Assembly (NCBI GenBank): GCA_965216875.1
Contig: OZ244207.1
Span: 7,104,001 to 7,168,000, forward strand
Direction: 5' to 3'
DNA: 64,000 nucleotides
Origin: Rubripirellula sp.
Lineage (GTDB): Bacteria > Planctomycetota > Planctomycetia > Pirellulales > Pirellulaceae
The notes under the pieces are model-generated. The model saw only the letters and a program-made list of their open reading frames with translations. It was not told the DNA's origin and did no database searches. Both the position numbers and the translations under genes were made by a program. Of the stretch, positions 1 through 9,889 are shown in pieces; the first letter of the stretch is position 1, and each line of letters opens with the position of its first letter.

Positions 1-220
1 CATGACGCACAGAAGGCGCATTCTTTAAGGACGCGATCACGCCATCGCCATTCCAGACATTGGGTAGGCGTAGCCTGCCCTGTGAGTCACGCGGCGAGAT
101 CAGCAGTGTCCACCCATTGGCGCTTCCGAACTTACAGACCGCTTCAACGATGTTGCGGCCCCACGAATCGTCGGTTTCGACCAAAATGCCGACATGTCGG
201 GGGCGCTTGCTGAGTGACAC
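1..220 (-). CDS. XylR-type (periplasmic-binding-protein-like sensor + AraC) transcriptional regulator, N-terminal part; runs off the window edge
   Basis: Not in the ORF track. Manual translation from GTG at 220 gives [65 protein letters not shown], which fits the XylR-family N-terminal pattern (V-x-L-x-V-E...GR...W...DGII). Confidence 0.65.
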   Translation of the reverse strand, partial: MSLSKRPRHVGILVETDDSWGRNIVEAVCKFGSANGWTLLISPRDSQGRLRLPNVWNGDGVIASLKNAPSVRH

Positions 221-391
221 AGAGAATCGTCCGAGGTGGATCGTCCCGTAAATTGGAGGGTGCGCAGTATAGTAAGTCTTGTGCGCAGCTGCGCACGACG
301 GCTTTGCGACAAGTCTCGTCGTAAGCGGCGTGCTAGAATCGCAAGCACTTGGGAACGCGCTCAAAGGCCTTAAGAATCAGGAGTCCGTGCC

Positions 392-1426
392 ATGTCGGTA
401 CGAACCGCGGACTGTTTTCGAAGCGTTTGCTTCTGTCTGGCGACTTGCATGACAGCGGTGGTTGCTCCAGTGACTTCGGCAGCGGCCGACGAAACCCTTG
501 ATCTCGATTCAAACAAGCCGAGCCGAATGATCTTGCATGTTTGCAAAGCTGACGGGACGCCACTTCGTCCGTTGGTTGCCGATGCGAAGATGCGCGACCA
601 ATTTGATCGACAGGGTACGCCCGATGTCTCGGCGGACGGCAAACGGGTCGCCTTTGATGCTTGGTCGAACGACGGTGGCGTTTGGCAGGATGCTCGCATC
701 ATCGTCGTCGACTTTGACGGTAAGAACGCGCGCGATATCTCCGACGGGGTGATGCCCTGCTTTTCACCCGATGGAAAACGGTTGGTCGTGAGTCGCCCAG
801 GCAAGCAGACCAAAGATGAAGGTGCGAAAGGGATGTCGATTTGGGTGATGAACATTGACGGCACCGAGAAAAAGATGATTGCCGATCAAGGCGCTTGGGG
901 CGCTCGCTGGTCAGGCGATGGCAGGACGCTCGTCTTTCATGGTGGACTAGATGCCGATGGAAAAAAGGTCAACAAGAACTGTCTGCGTGTCTATGACTTC
1001 GAGTCGGGTGAAACTCGTAACGTGTTTGAGCCCAAAGAATCGCCCTTCAAACAATTGAGTTTCCATTTTGACTGGGCAAAAGGCGACAAACGACTTGTAG
1101 CGTTTGGCGGACAACTCAAGGCTGGATCGTCGGCTTCAGCAATCGTGAATGTTGATGAAGGAGTCGATTCGATCGAGATCATCGTTGATGCCGAGCAGAA
1201 CGACTTGCAAATGTTTCACGGTACGTCGATGGACTGGCATCCGTCGAGCGAATCGATCTTGGTCACGGCGAGGCAAGGTCGACGCACCGTGCTGCACCTT
1301 TTGCCCTTGGACTACGAGGCGGAGACCGAGCAATTTGATGGTCTTCCCGACACCGTTTCAGTACGTGATCCAATCATCACACCTGACGGTAAGCACGTGA
1401 TCGCGTCACTGAGCGCGGTACGGTAA
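392..1426 (+). CDS. Exported TolB-like/PD40 beta-propeller protein
   Basis: Signal peptide ending in AAA-D; repeated P-x-x-S-x-DG-K motifs (PDVSADGKR, PCFSPDGKR, ARWSGDGR, PIITPDGKH). Confidence 0.75.
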   Translation: MSVRTADCFRSVCFCLATCMTAVVAPVTSAAADETLDLDSNKPSRMILHVCKADGTPLRPLVADAKMRDQFDRQGTPDVSADGKRVAFDAWSNDGGVWQDARIIVVDFDGKNARDISDGVMPCFSPDGKRLVVSRPGKQTKDEGAKGMSIWVMNIDGTEKKMIADQGAWGARWSGDGRTLVFHGGLDADGKKVNKNCLRVYDFESGETRNVFEPKESPFKQLSFHFDWAKGDKRLVAFGGQLKAGSSASAIVNVDEGVDSIEIIVDAEQNDLQMFHGTSMDWHPSSESILVTARQGRRTVLHLLPLDYEAETEQFDGLPDTVSVRDPIITPDGKHVIASLSAVR

Positions 1427-1430
1427 CGAA

Positions 1431-1871
1431 TTGGCAACGTCGCATGACAAACTGAGGTTTAGTCTTGGCAAGGCAATGCTGATCGTGGCGTCGTATGCGG
1501 CGCTGATGGCTCTCATGCAGTCTCGCGGAACGCTCGCTCTAACGTTCGCTGCAATTGCCGGGACCAGTTGGGCAGGAATTCTTCTGCTTGCGACGCGCCA
1601 CGATGTGAGACGCATCGCGATTGTCAGTTCGGGATCACTTTTCGGGCTGTTCGTTTCCTTTAGCTGCTGTGCGCCGGTGGTACGGAGCGCCAGTCACTCC
1701 ATCGTCACCTACAGTGTTTTGGGCATTGTGATCGGCGGCCTGTTGGCATCATCGCTGGCCAGCGTGCAAAATGCGGTGGATCCGGACGCGGAAACCAACA
1801 ATAAGTGCAACGATGAACATGATGAGCAGGACAACGAAATGCATGACGAGCAGTACGGCAAAGAGGGGTGA
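1431..1871 (+). CDS. Hypothetical membrane protein (about 4 TM)
   Basis: Four hydrophobic segments and an acidic tail; packed between neighbours (4 bp gap upstream, 4 bp overlap downstream). Confidence 0.6.
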   Translation: MATSHDKLRFSLGKAMLIVASYAALMALMQSRGTLALTFAAIAGTSWAGILLLATRHDVRRIAIVSSGSLFGLFVSFSCCAPVVRSASHSIVTYSVLGIVIGGLLASSLASVQNAVDPDAETNNKCNDEHDEQDNEMHDEQYGKEG

Positions 1872-2365
1872 GTGGGCCCGTGGTTGATGACAATTCGAGA
1901 TCGGAGCAAAGCGAAGCTGAGGATCAGGATTCGTCGCAGCCTCAGAATTTGCTGACGCGAGAGTTCGCGATGCCTCTGCGGATCAAGTTCCAGTTGAAGG
2001 ATCTATGCGAGATCATTGTGGGAGCTTCCGTGCTTGCGATTCCGGTGGCCTATACCGAAGAGGTTTGGAGACTTGGTGAGCAGCTGCCGGCTGCAAATGT
2101 CGCAGCAGTCGTTGTGACTTCCATTTCGATCTGTTCACTGTTCGTCTATTACATCTACTACCAGCACAAGCTTGCGGCCAACTTTCTGCAGTTCCTACTG
2201 CGGGTGGTCGCTTGCTATGGAGTCACGCTGTTGGTGGTCGCGTCGATCCTGGCGATGTTTCAGAAGTTGCCGATCGACACGGACCCCGCGATTGCAATCC
2301 GCCGAATCATCCTGGTCGGCTTCCCGGCCTGCTTTAGCGCAACGGTTGTCGATTCGCTGAAGTGA
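1868..2365 (+). CDS. DUF2391-family integral membrane protein
   Basis: Motif IIVGASVLAIPVAYTEEVWRLG plus several TM helices. Confidence 0.7.
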   Translation: MSGPVVDDNSRSEQSEAEDQDSSQPQNLLTREFAMPLRIKFQLKDLCEIIVGASVLAIPVAYTEEVWRLGEQLPAANVAAVVVTSISICSLFVYYIYYQHKLAANFLQFLLRVVACYGVTLLVVASILAMFQKLPIDTDPAIAIRRIILVGFPACFSATVVDSLK

Positions 2366-2437
2366 TCACAGCTAGTTCGTGCGGCGCCGGCCGTTAGGTC
2401 TCGGCCGCTTGCCCCAAGGGAGACGCAGTGATTCTTT

Positions 2438-2532
2438 GTGAGCCGAACGCGCTAGCGTCGGGCCCTTCGAGATAGATATAGAGTGTACGGCCCGACGCTG
2501 TGTACGGCCCGACGCTAGCGCGTACGGCTCAC
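2438..2532. repeat. REP-like inverted pair, family A (GTGAGCCGAACGCGCTAGCGTCGGGCC), with an internal 17-bp tandem duplication
   Basis: Arms at 2438-2464 and about 2506-2532 are inverted; GTGTACGGCCCGACGCT occurs twice (2483-2516); the same family occurs at 11637, about 28782-28809 and 44018-44093. Confidence 0.8.
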
Positions 2533-2546
2533 GGGCCAGGCGAGAA

Positions 2547-3290
2547 TCAACGGCCGTAGTTGGACCAAAAGAGACTTGCCAGCATCAGACGTAGGTCGGA
2601 CGGCCATTCGGTCGGCAACAGAACGATCATGCCTTGGAAGGTGATGCCTTCGTGAATGTGGACCATTCCAATTGGTTCGTCGTCAAGGTAAAGGAACGAG
2701 CGAGTTGGGAATCGTTTGTCCGCTTCGGGAACGACCTTCAATCGCATCTTGTCCCCTACTTCAATTTCGTATTCGCGTCCGAATTGATGCGGCACGGTTG
2801 CTTGCACAATCGGATCACCGCCCAGTGGCAAGTGATCGATGGCAACATGATGGCGTAGGTGGCCTCGCGTCTTGGTCAACTTGTAGCCTTGTCCCCCAAT
2901 CGCGATGTTGACCGGATGGTGATGGTGGCGTGGAATCGTGGCTTGTGCGTTCCCGTCGATGTCGACGATGTCAATGTCTTTGGCAAAGTAGCCGCAAAGT
3001 GGCAGTGCCAAGAATGCATCTTGCGAGAACGCATCGCTGTATTCATCTCGCCAAAACCGCTCGCGAACGGGGATGTCGGCCAAACGCTTGCTCGTTTGAT
3101 TGCCAGCGAACGCGGTAAAGAAGATGCCACCAAATCCGACGAAGGTGACAAGGATGGCAAGATTCAATCCGGCGCTACCATCACCAGCACTTGCAAGCGG
3201 GATGATCAGAAAGGGCATCGCAAAGGCGATCCCGAGGCTGGCAAAAAAGTACCGGCTCATTTTCTGTTTGAGAGCTTGCTGGTCAGCCAT
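2547..3290 (-). CDS. Hypothetical protein with two N-terminal TM helices
   Basis: 247-aa ORF with ATG start, two hydrophobic helices and a beta-rich C-terminal part; no recognised motif. Confidence 0.6.
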   Translation of the reverse strand: MADQQALKQKMSRYFFASLGIAFAMPFLIIPLASAGDGSAGLNLAILVTFVGFGGIFFTAFAGNQTSKRLADIPVRERFWRDEYSDAFSQDAFLALPLCGYFAKDIDIVDIDGNAQATIPRHHHHPVNIAIGGQGYKLTKTRGHLRHHVAIDHLPLGGDPIVQATVPHQFGREYEIEVGDKMRLKVVPEADKRFPTRSFLYLDDEPIGMVHIHEGITFQGMIVLLPTEWPSDLRLMLASLFWSNYGR

Positions 3291-3330
3291 TGGATTGACG
3301 TTCTTGCTGTGGTGGGGAGCGATTGTTGGT

Positions 3331-3440
3331 CGTACCGCCTTCAGGCGGACGGATAGGCCGGCTAAAGCCGGTACTACGAACGGGCGGATGGATAGGCCGG
3401 CGAAAGCAGATGGCGGCTCGGCGGGAGCCTCGCCCTCCCG
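3331..3440. repeat. Cluster of REP-like palindromes (CCGCCTTCAGGCGG; CCGGCTAAAGCCGGTACTAC; GGCTCGGCGGGAGCCTCGCCCTCCC)
   Basis: Short GC-rich hairpins; the first two motifs recur at about 5960, 11712-11765, 28541-28561 and 46919-47310. Confidence 0.7.
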
Positions 3441-3647
3441 ATCATTGGGATGGTCCGCAAAGATAGCTCACGATGGGTCGCCAAGACGTCGATTGGCGTA
3501 ACCCGATCAACCGGCACAACGCGAACGGTGTCTGCGGTGGTCCACCGGCTTTCAAGTTGATGACCTGTCGATCGCTTCCGGTCATGCTTCTACGACCCAT
3601 GTTTCTGTGAGTCTCATTCGTGGCCACCCGTATGCGCTGACCAACAC

Positions 3648-5945
3648 ATGTCCGACCTCCCACCCGATGGAATCACGCCAAACTTGCGTTCAACTGCGCA
3701 GGGTGATGTGCCGCTGGCCGCCCAGTTGCCGGAAGGCAGGCAAACACCGCCAGCTGGTGGGGAAACGGTCGATCTGCGAAAGGGGCAACCTGAAGAGCCT
3801 TGCCAGGACGCGGGCCAAGTTCTGGAGCAACTTGAGCAAGTCGAAGCACTTGTCGAAACGGCCAACCAATCGCCCTCCGACTCTTCGGATGCCAATGGAT
3901 CGATCTCGGGAGAGACCGCGGACCCGATGATTGGTCGCCAGATCGCGAGCTACAAGATTTGCGAGCGGCTTGGCCAAGGTGGGATGGGGACGGTTTACCG
4001 CGCGTTTCAAACCGATCCGGTCAAACGCGATGTGGCGCTCAAGGTCTTAAGTCTCGATCTCGATGACCATCGCAATACCTCAACGCGGGCTCGCGAGCAG
4101 TTCATCAGCGAAGGCCAAGTGCTCGCCACACTCTCGCATCCTGAGATTGCAATGGTGTTGGATGCCGACGTGACCGAATCGGGTAATCCCTTTTTTGTGA
4201 TGGAATTGGTCGAGGGCAAGCGGCTGGATCAATTTGCCCGCGAACACAAACTCACCACACGCGACCGCATTCAATTGGTGCAGCGGATTTGTCGCGCCGT
4301 CCATCATGCTCATCAGCAAGGCGTTGTCCATCGAGATTTGAAACCGCCCAATATCTTGGTCGGCGGGACGCCCGAGTCGCCTGTGGTGAAAGTGATCGAC
4401 TTTGGAATCGCCAAGGTGCTTGAAGGCAACCAGATCCTTCCCGCGAGTGAAACGGTCGAGAATCGTCTGATTGGAACGCCTGGCTACATGAGTCCTGAGC
4501 AGGCGTCCTGTGGCGACATCGATGCGCGAGCCGATGTCTACTCGCTCGGCGCGATCCTCTTTCAATTGCTCTGCGATGCCCCGCCGATCAACCGACAAGA
4601 CACACCCTACGAATCTCTCGATGAATTGCTGCAATTGAGCAGGACTTTTTCGATACCACGACCAAGCCAACGATTGATGGGCAAGTCGCCAGAGCGGCGC
4701 GCTGAATTGGCATCAACACAGCAGTGCACGGTTTCGGAACTTGTGCGTCAATGCAAAGTCGATCTCGATTGGGTCGTATTGAAGGCGCTCGAAAAGGATC
4801 GGCGACAGCGGTACGCAACGGCGAACGATTTTGCAGATGACCTGCAACGTGTGCTTGACCAAGAACCGACACACGCCGCCGCGCCGACGTTGCTCTATCG
4901 CGCCCGCAAATTGGCGGCGCGGCATCCGATCTCGGCGATCGCAGGATCAGGCCTTCTCGTGGTCGCCGTATTGATCGCCACGCAGTGGAAACAGGCGCAA
5001 GACCAACATGCTGCGCAACACGCCTTCGCCATCCATCAGAGCGATCGATGGATGGATCAAGCAGACACACTGCGGCGATCGGTCGATGCAGGCGACGAGC
5101 GCCCTCAACACAAACTCAACCAAGCGACCACGCTCCTTGAACGGACGCGATTCTTGCTGGCCTTCGAGACGGATCTCCAGGAGGCCGAGCGACGACGAAA
5201 ACGGATTGCCGAACAGATTGAATCGGATGAGCGGGCGTTCGACTTTGTTGCCCAAGTCGACCATGCACGGCACCTGGCGTTCTTTCCCGAAGGGACCGAA
5301 CGCGGCTCCAGTGAACGCGATTCTGTTTCGCGTTCCTCCGTGACGCGGGCGCTGTGTGGATTTGGCGTGTATCCAGGCGAAACGAAGCCCGAGGTTGCGG
5401 TCGAGGCGTTCGGCGGCATGCCCTCGGGATTGGCCGAGCATGTCGTGGAAGCATTCGATTTTGTCATCGCGCAAACGCTCGCCAAACCTGGTCGGGATGT
5501 CGATGCTGGTTGGCACTACGAAGTGGTTCGTTGTCTCGACCGAAACGAAATCCGCAACGAACTTCGACGCGCGATCATCGCAAAGGATTGGGATGCGATC
5601 AACAGAGTGGCTCAGCTCGATTGCGATGGCGATCAATTGCCGTACAGTCGCATCCAGCTCGCAGTAGCGTTGAGCGAACTGGGAAAACGGTCCCACTCAA
5701 CCAACGTCTTGCGCAAGGCGGCTCAAACGCATCCAGAAAACTATTGGGTGAATTTGCATCTTGGCATTCATCTGGCAGAGGATGACGCGTCACGCGTAGA
5801 GGCGCTTCGGTACCTGACCGCCGCGGCCGCACTACGCCCCGATTCGCCCACACCGCCAGCTCATTTGGCAAACGTGCTCGAGTCGCTTGGACGGGACGAG
5901 GAAGCGAAGATGCAGCGCCACCGTGCGAAACGATTGCAGTTTTAG
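3648..5945 (+). CDS. Hanks-type Ser/Thr protein kinase with a TM segment and C-terminal TPR-like repeats
   Basis: GQGGMGTVY, VALK, HRDLKPPN, DFG and GTPGYMSPE are all intact; hydrophobic segment PISAIAGSGLLVVAVLIA; TPR-like tail EALRYLTAAAALRPDS...HLANVLESLGRDEEA. Confidence 0.92.
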   Translation: MSDLPPDGITPNLRSTAQGDVPLAAQLPEGRQTPPAGGETVDLRKGQPEEPCQDAGQVLEQLEQVEALVETANQSPSDSSDANGSISGETADPMIGRQIASYKICERLGQGGMGTVYRAFQTDPVKRDVALKVLSLDLDDHRNTSTRAREQFISEGQVLATLSHPEIAMVLDADVTESGNPFFVMELVEGKRLDQFAREHKLTTRDRIQLVQRICRAVHHAHQQGVVHRDLKPPNILVGGTPESPVVKVIDFGIAKVLEGNQILPASETVENRLIGTPGYMSPEQASCGDIDARADVYSLGAILFQLLCDAPPINRQDTPYESLDELLQLSRTFSIPRPSQRLMGKSPERRAELASTQQCTVSELVRQCKVDLDWVVLKALEKDRRQRYATANDFADDLQRVLDQEPTHAAAPTLLYRARKLAARHPISAIAGSGLLVVAVLIATQWKQAQDQHAAQHAFAIHQSDRWMDQADTLRRSVDAGDERPQHKLNQATTLLERTRFLLAFETDLQEAERRRKRIAEQIESDERAFDFVAQVDHARHLAFFPEGTERGSSERDSVSRSSVTRALCGFGVYPGETKPEVAVEAFGGMPSGLAEHVVEAFDFVIAQTLAKPGRDVDAGWHYEVVRCLDRNEIRNELRRAIIAKDWDAINRVAQLDCDGDQLPYSRIQLAVALSELGKRSHSTNVLRKAAQTHPENYWVNLHLGIHLAEDDASRVEALRYLTAAAALRPDSPTPPAHLANVLESLGRDEEAKMQRHRAKRLQF

Positions 5946-6036
5946 AGGCGTGTTTGTCGTCGCGCCTTCAGGCGGATGAGCCGGAGGATTGTGAGGCCCG
6001 ACGCGACGCGTTCGGCGCAGAGCCGCGGAGCCTTTC

Positions 6037-6116
6037 GTAGGGTGTGTGCTTGCACGCACCACCGATGCATATTGGAGGTTGTGAGGCGATTTGGTGCGTG
6101 CAAGCACACACCCTAC
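6037..6116. repeat. Perfect 25-bp inverted repeat with GTAG/CTAC ends (REP doublet)
   Basis: GTAGGGTGTGTGCTTGCACGCACCA (6037-6061) and TGGTGCGTGCAAGCACACACCCTAC (6092-6116), between convergent genes. Confidence 0.85.
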
Positions 6117-6119
6117 TGT

Positions 6120-7592
6120 TTAGTGTGACAGTCGGAGGTCGATGACGAATCGGGAGTCGAACCAGTTTCCGTCTCCCGCGGTGACGCCTCCGGCAAAGCC
6201 GAGTTCCCACAACCCGATGTCACTTTCCGGGCCGAGCACAAAACGTGCTCCCGGATAAATCTCGACGGCGGTCTTGCCGTCGACTCGACCGATCGTGGAT
6301 GGGTTGGCGATCGTTTCGCCGCCACTGAGGAACGAAAGTAGGCGCACCTCGAGTGTTGGGATGAATGCGAAGACATCGCTTTCGGCCGCGATCGTGCTGA
6401 CGCCCAAACCGGTCGTCAAAACTTCACCACTGGTGTCGGCGTTGCCTTTCAGCGGCACCCAATACTTCAGCTCGCCAAACCAATAGGTTTCGGGAGAGCG
6501 ACAGTGGCGAATCAAAATGCCAGGTTCGATCGCTGTGTTGCCTGTGCCAAGACCGCGACTCGTGTTCCCTTTGGCGATGTGTGTGCGAAAGATCGTCGCC
6601 ACTTTGGTGCGTTTTCCGTCAACGACAAGTCCCTGAGCACCGATCACGATATCACCCATGCCCGTTGTGTTGCCGGCCAACTCAGGATCAAGCGATCGCA
6701 TCGTGTACTCGGTGATTGCCATCACCCTTTCATTGCCCAGTGCCAAACGACAGTGAACGTCTTGGACGTTGACATTCGGATCGTGACCTGGACCGGCTGA
6801 ATCGGAGGCCCAAAAGTACTCGGCGCGGTCGGGCCGATTGAGCCCACTATCGATCTGGTAGCGGATTCCGTAGTGGGGCACCGTGATTGCCGTGTCGAGA
6901 ACGGTGGGGGCATACATGACTCGCTCATAACCAATCCCGCGGTCATGGGTTCGGCGACGTCGAAACCGCTTGCCGAGCATGAAGCGATCGAGGTCGGCTT
7001 GTCGAAACCGCTGGCGAAGTCGTCGCCAAGGTGACCAGTGGTTGGCAACCGATTGCCGTGTTCCCGAGGAGCAGTTTCCATCGCAACTGCCGATGCAGTC
7101 ACATGTCGCGGGCTGGGGGTGGAATGGTGTGTCGACTGCAAACCCTTGCGAAGGCGTCTCAATCGGAACGTTCACGCCCGGTGTCATCGGCTGCATGACT
7201 GAAGTTCCCGATCCGCTCGACATTTGCGGCTGAACTTTTTCGCCACTCGCGGGTGCGTCATTTGAAATTGGCCCATTCGGTTTCACACCCGCGGGCGGAG
7301 CGATTGATTCAACTTCGTTGCTAGCATTCGGTTTGATGCTAGCGTTGGCTGGTGGGTTGATCGCCGGTGCTGGCAGCGGCTCGATCGGCGGCGGCAGTGG
7401 TGTCGCCTCGATCAACTGAGGATCGGTGAGCGGAAGGATTGGCTCGGGCTTTGGCGGGGTTTCAGGCGGTGGTGTGTCGGCGCGTACCGATAGCGGTTCG
7501 CTTGCCGCTTTGTTGTTTTCCGATTGCGGAGCCGAACTTGCAGTGGAAGCGAGCAGCGTGGAGATCAGCAGGATCCAAGCTGTTCTGGTCAC
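6120..7592 (-). CDS. Exported protein: Pro-rich disordered N-terminus, Cys cluster, probable C-terminal outer-membrane beta-barrel-like domain
   Basis: Signal peptide MTRTAWILLISTLLASTASS-A; Pro-rich tract; CDCIGSCDGNC; amphipathic beta-strand patterns in the C-terminal about 260 aa (YWFGELKYWVP, VEIYPGARFVL, RFVIDLRLSH). The barrel call is inference. Confidence 0.6.
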   Translation of the reverse strand: MTRTAWILLISTLLASTASSAPQSENNKAASEPLSVRADTPPPETPPKPEPILPLTDPQLIEATPLPPPIEPLPAPAINPPANASIKPNASNEVESIAPPAGVKPNGPISNDAPASGEKVQPQMSSGSGTSVMQPMTPGVNVPIETPSQGFAVDTPFHPQPATCDCIGSCDGNCSSGTRQSVANHWSPWRRLRQRFRQADLDRFMLGKRFRRRRTHDRGIGYERVMYAPTVLDTAITVPHYGIRYQIDSGLNRPDRAEYFWASDSAGPGHDPNVNVQDVHCRLALGNERVMAITEYTMRSLDPELAGNTTGMGDIVIGAQGLVVDGKRTKVATIFRTHIAKGNTSRGLGTGNTAIEPGILIRHCRSPETYWFGELKYWVPLKGNADTSGEVLTTGLGVSTIAAESDVFAFIPTLEVRLLSFLSGGETIANPSTIGRVDGKTAVEIYPGARFVLGPESDIGLWELGFAGGVTAGDGNWFDSRFVIDLRLSH

Positions 7593-7769
7593 ATTTTTGC
7601 TTAGTCGAACCTTTGCTTTGTGGTCTGTGGTTGTTTGACTTCGTGAAACGAAGCGCGTGCAACAGCTAGCGACATTATCGTCTGGAATTTGATTGGCAAA
7701 TTAGCTAATCTCCGCCTCGGTCGGCGATAGGAATTGGCCCTCTTAACGCCGAGATTGGAAAGGAATCTG

Positions 7770-9233
7770 ATGCAAAATCTCGCGGTACACTGGCACGAAG
7801 GACTGTTTCTTCGACCGCACCATCTGCAGGCATGGGATCGTCATTGGCACGAACACCAAACTGCGTCGGAGCGGTGGGAGAGTCCGTATAGCTATGGCGT
7901 TGCGAGTGTGCGCATCAATCCCGACGCGCTTGCTGCAGGTTTCTTTCAGCTCGATTCGATTCGCGCGAAGATGCCTGAAGGGACACTGGTCGAACTCAGC
8001 AGTGGCGAACCGACCGAGCGCGTTGACTTGCGTGGTGGTCTATCCGAAAACGATTCAACGGCCGCCTCGATTCCGATGCAGGGCGGACGCAGTGTCGATG
8101 TTTTCTTAGCGGTGCCGAGGTTGCAACTCGGCGCAGCAAACGTTGCTGAAAACGAAACAACAGCGGCGCGTTATCGCCCACTTCAGGTCCATGTTCCCGA
8201 TGAGTCGGACGGCTCGAGCGTGGAGCCAATTCTGTTTCGGCGGATGAACGTCAAGTTGATGCTGTCGACAGACGACTTGGCCGGCTACGACACACTGCGT
8301 ATCGCGCGGCTTCGACGCGGGACGACTGGTGGCGCGATCGCGGAACTCGATGATCAATACATTCCGCCACTACTTGATTGTGGTGCGTGGCCTCAGATGC
8401 GACACCGAATGTTGTCGCCGATCCACGACCTACTGATGCGCAAAGCAGAGACGTTAGCACAGCTTGTCAACGACCAGAACGCACAACTCGATGCCACTCA
8501 GCCGGGAGATTTGCAACGAATCTTGATGCTGCAAGCACTCAATCGCGGCACGGCGATTGCCGGTGTTTTGAACCAATCCGGAGGGCTGCATCCTTGGTTA
8601 GCTTATCTGGAGCTTGCACGCATCGCCGCCGAGCTCGACCTGTTCACACCCCAACGCGCGGCACAGCCGATCGCCCCTTACGACCACGATGCGCTCGGCC
8701 CCTTGTTCCATTCCTTACGAATGCGGATCGAATCACGCATCGCATCGATCGGCCAGAACGCGTACCAACAACGTCTGCTCATTGGATCGGGAATGGGCAT
8801 GCAGGTGACGCTCGATCCACAGTGGTTGATGCCCAATTGGCGATTGGTCTTGGGTGTACGACGCGGATCGATTTCCGTTTCGACGCTTGAGTCGCTCCTG
8901 GCGCCGGGACGTTTGGATTGGAAGTGGGGTAGCGCTCGTCAGGTGGAAATGTTGTACAGCCGCCGGGCCGCTGGGGTCTCACTGACGCGCATGCAAGATA
9001 TTCCTCGATCACTACCCTCGCAGTCTGATTGGACTTACTACGAGTTTGGCGAGCGCGGTCCCGCTTGGAACGATGTCCTTGAAAGTGGAACGATCGCGAT
9101 CCGTTTGCCTGAGGAGTACGTCGACAACCGCAGCGAGTTGACGGGGAATCAAACCTTGCGTGTTCGCATCGACGATGAAATCATGCCGTTGCAATTTGCG
9201 GTCTTCGCTTTGGATCAATCGGCTCAAGAATGA
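7770..9233 (+). CDS. tssK: T6SS baseplate subunit TssK
   Basis: N-terminal VHWHEGLFLRPHHLQAWDRH signature, YIPPLL, HPWLAYLEL and YDHDALGPLF; ATG at 7770 follows an AAGGA RBS. Confidence 0.93.
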   Translation: MQNLAVHWHEGLFLRPHHLQAWDRHWHEHQTASERWESPYSYGVASVRINPDALAAGFFQLDSIRAKMPEGTLVELSSGEPTERVDLRGGLSENDSTAASIPMQGGRSVDVFLAVPRLQLGAANVAENETTAARYRPLQVHVPDESDGSSVEPILFRRMNVKLMLSTDDLAGYDTLRIARLRRGTTGGAIAELDDQYIPPLLDCGAWPQMRHRMLSPIHDLLMRKAETLAQLVNDQNAQLDATQPGDLQRILMLQALNRGTAIAGVLNQSGGLHPWLAYLELARIAAELDLFTPQRAAQPIAPYDHDALGPLFHSLRMRIESRIASIGQNAYQQRLLIGSGMGMQVTLDPQWLMPNWRLVLGVRRGSISVSTLESLLAPGRLDWKWGSARQVEMLYSRRAAGVSLTRMQDIPRSLPSQSDWTYYEFGERGPAWNDVLESGTIAIRLPEEYVDNRSELTGNQTLRVRIDDEIMPLQFAVFALDQSAQE

Positions 9234-9868
9234 ACGTCGCAGCACTCGATCGATACGCAGATCGCTACCTCGAATCGGTGATGAACCTGTTCGAGCGGTT
9301 GCAGCGCGATGAGTCGGTCGACTGCCAGACGGTCCACAAACAGCTTGCGGACCAACTGCGCCGTGGGATCGGCGAAGTCTCTTTGCGTGAAGACTGGCAG
9401 CATGTCACCTACGCGCTGGCGGCACTCACCGACGAACTCATGGTCGAGTTGCCTTGGCCTGGGCGCAATTGGTGGAACGACAACGTCTTGGAAGCCAACT
9501 TGTTCGGAACACGCATGTGCAGTGAGCGGTTTTATGCCATCGCCAAAGAGACCATGCGTGATCGGCCCGAAGTCTTGCGAGTTTTCCACGATTGCGTGCT
9601 ACTTGGTTTTCGCGGCTTTTACGCTATGGAAGCTTCGGCACCGGCAATCGCATCGGAACTCGACGTCCCACCGACGCTCGAACAATGGGTGGCGGAGGTA
9701 CAGGATCGACTTTCCAATCCCGACACGCCCAAGTCGGCAATCCAACGCCACCAAAAACTCAGTGGTGCACCTCCGCTGCGAGGTGGACGCAATGCCGTTT
9801 GGTGGTCGGTCGCGTCGGGCACGTTGGTAGCGCTCAACATCACGATCTACACGTTATTGCTTCGTTAG
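9230..9868 (+). CDS. tssL: T6SS membrane subunit TssL (DotU family), no OmpA domain
   Basis: YALAALTDE, W...LEANLFG...ERFY, CVLLGFRG and a C-terminal TM anchor; overlaps the tssK stop codon. Confidence 0.88.
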   Translation: MNVAALDRYADRYLESVMNLFERLQRDESVDCQTVHKQLADQLRRGIGEVSLREDWQHVTYALAALTDELMVELPWPGRNWWNDNVLEANLFGTRMCSERFYAIAKETMRDRPEVLRVFHDCVLLGFRGFYAMEASAPAIASELDVPPTLEQWVAEVQDRLSNPDTPKSAIQRHQKLSGAPPLRGGRNAVWWSVASGTLVALNITIYTLLLR

Positions 9869-9889
9869 CAGGAAGAGATAGGTGTCGTC

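Noticed and set aside
392..1426. True tolB
   Set aside because: No TolB N-terminal domain and no tol-pal neighbours; only the propeller repeats
7593..7769. Sigma54 promoter for the T6SS (TGGCA at about 7694)
   Set aside because: No GC at the required -12 spacing
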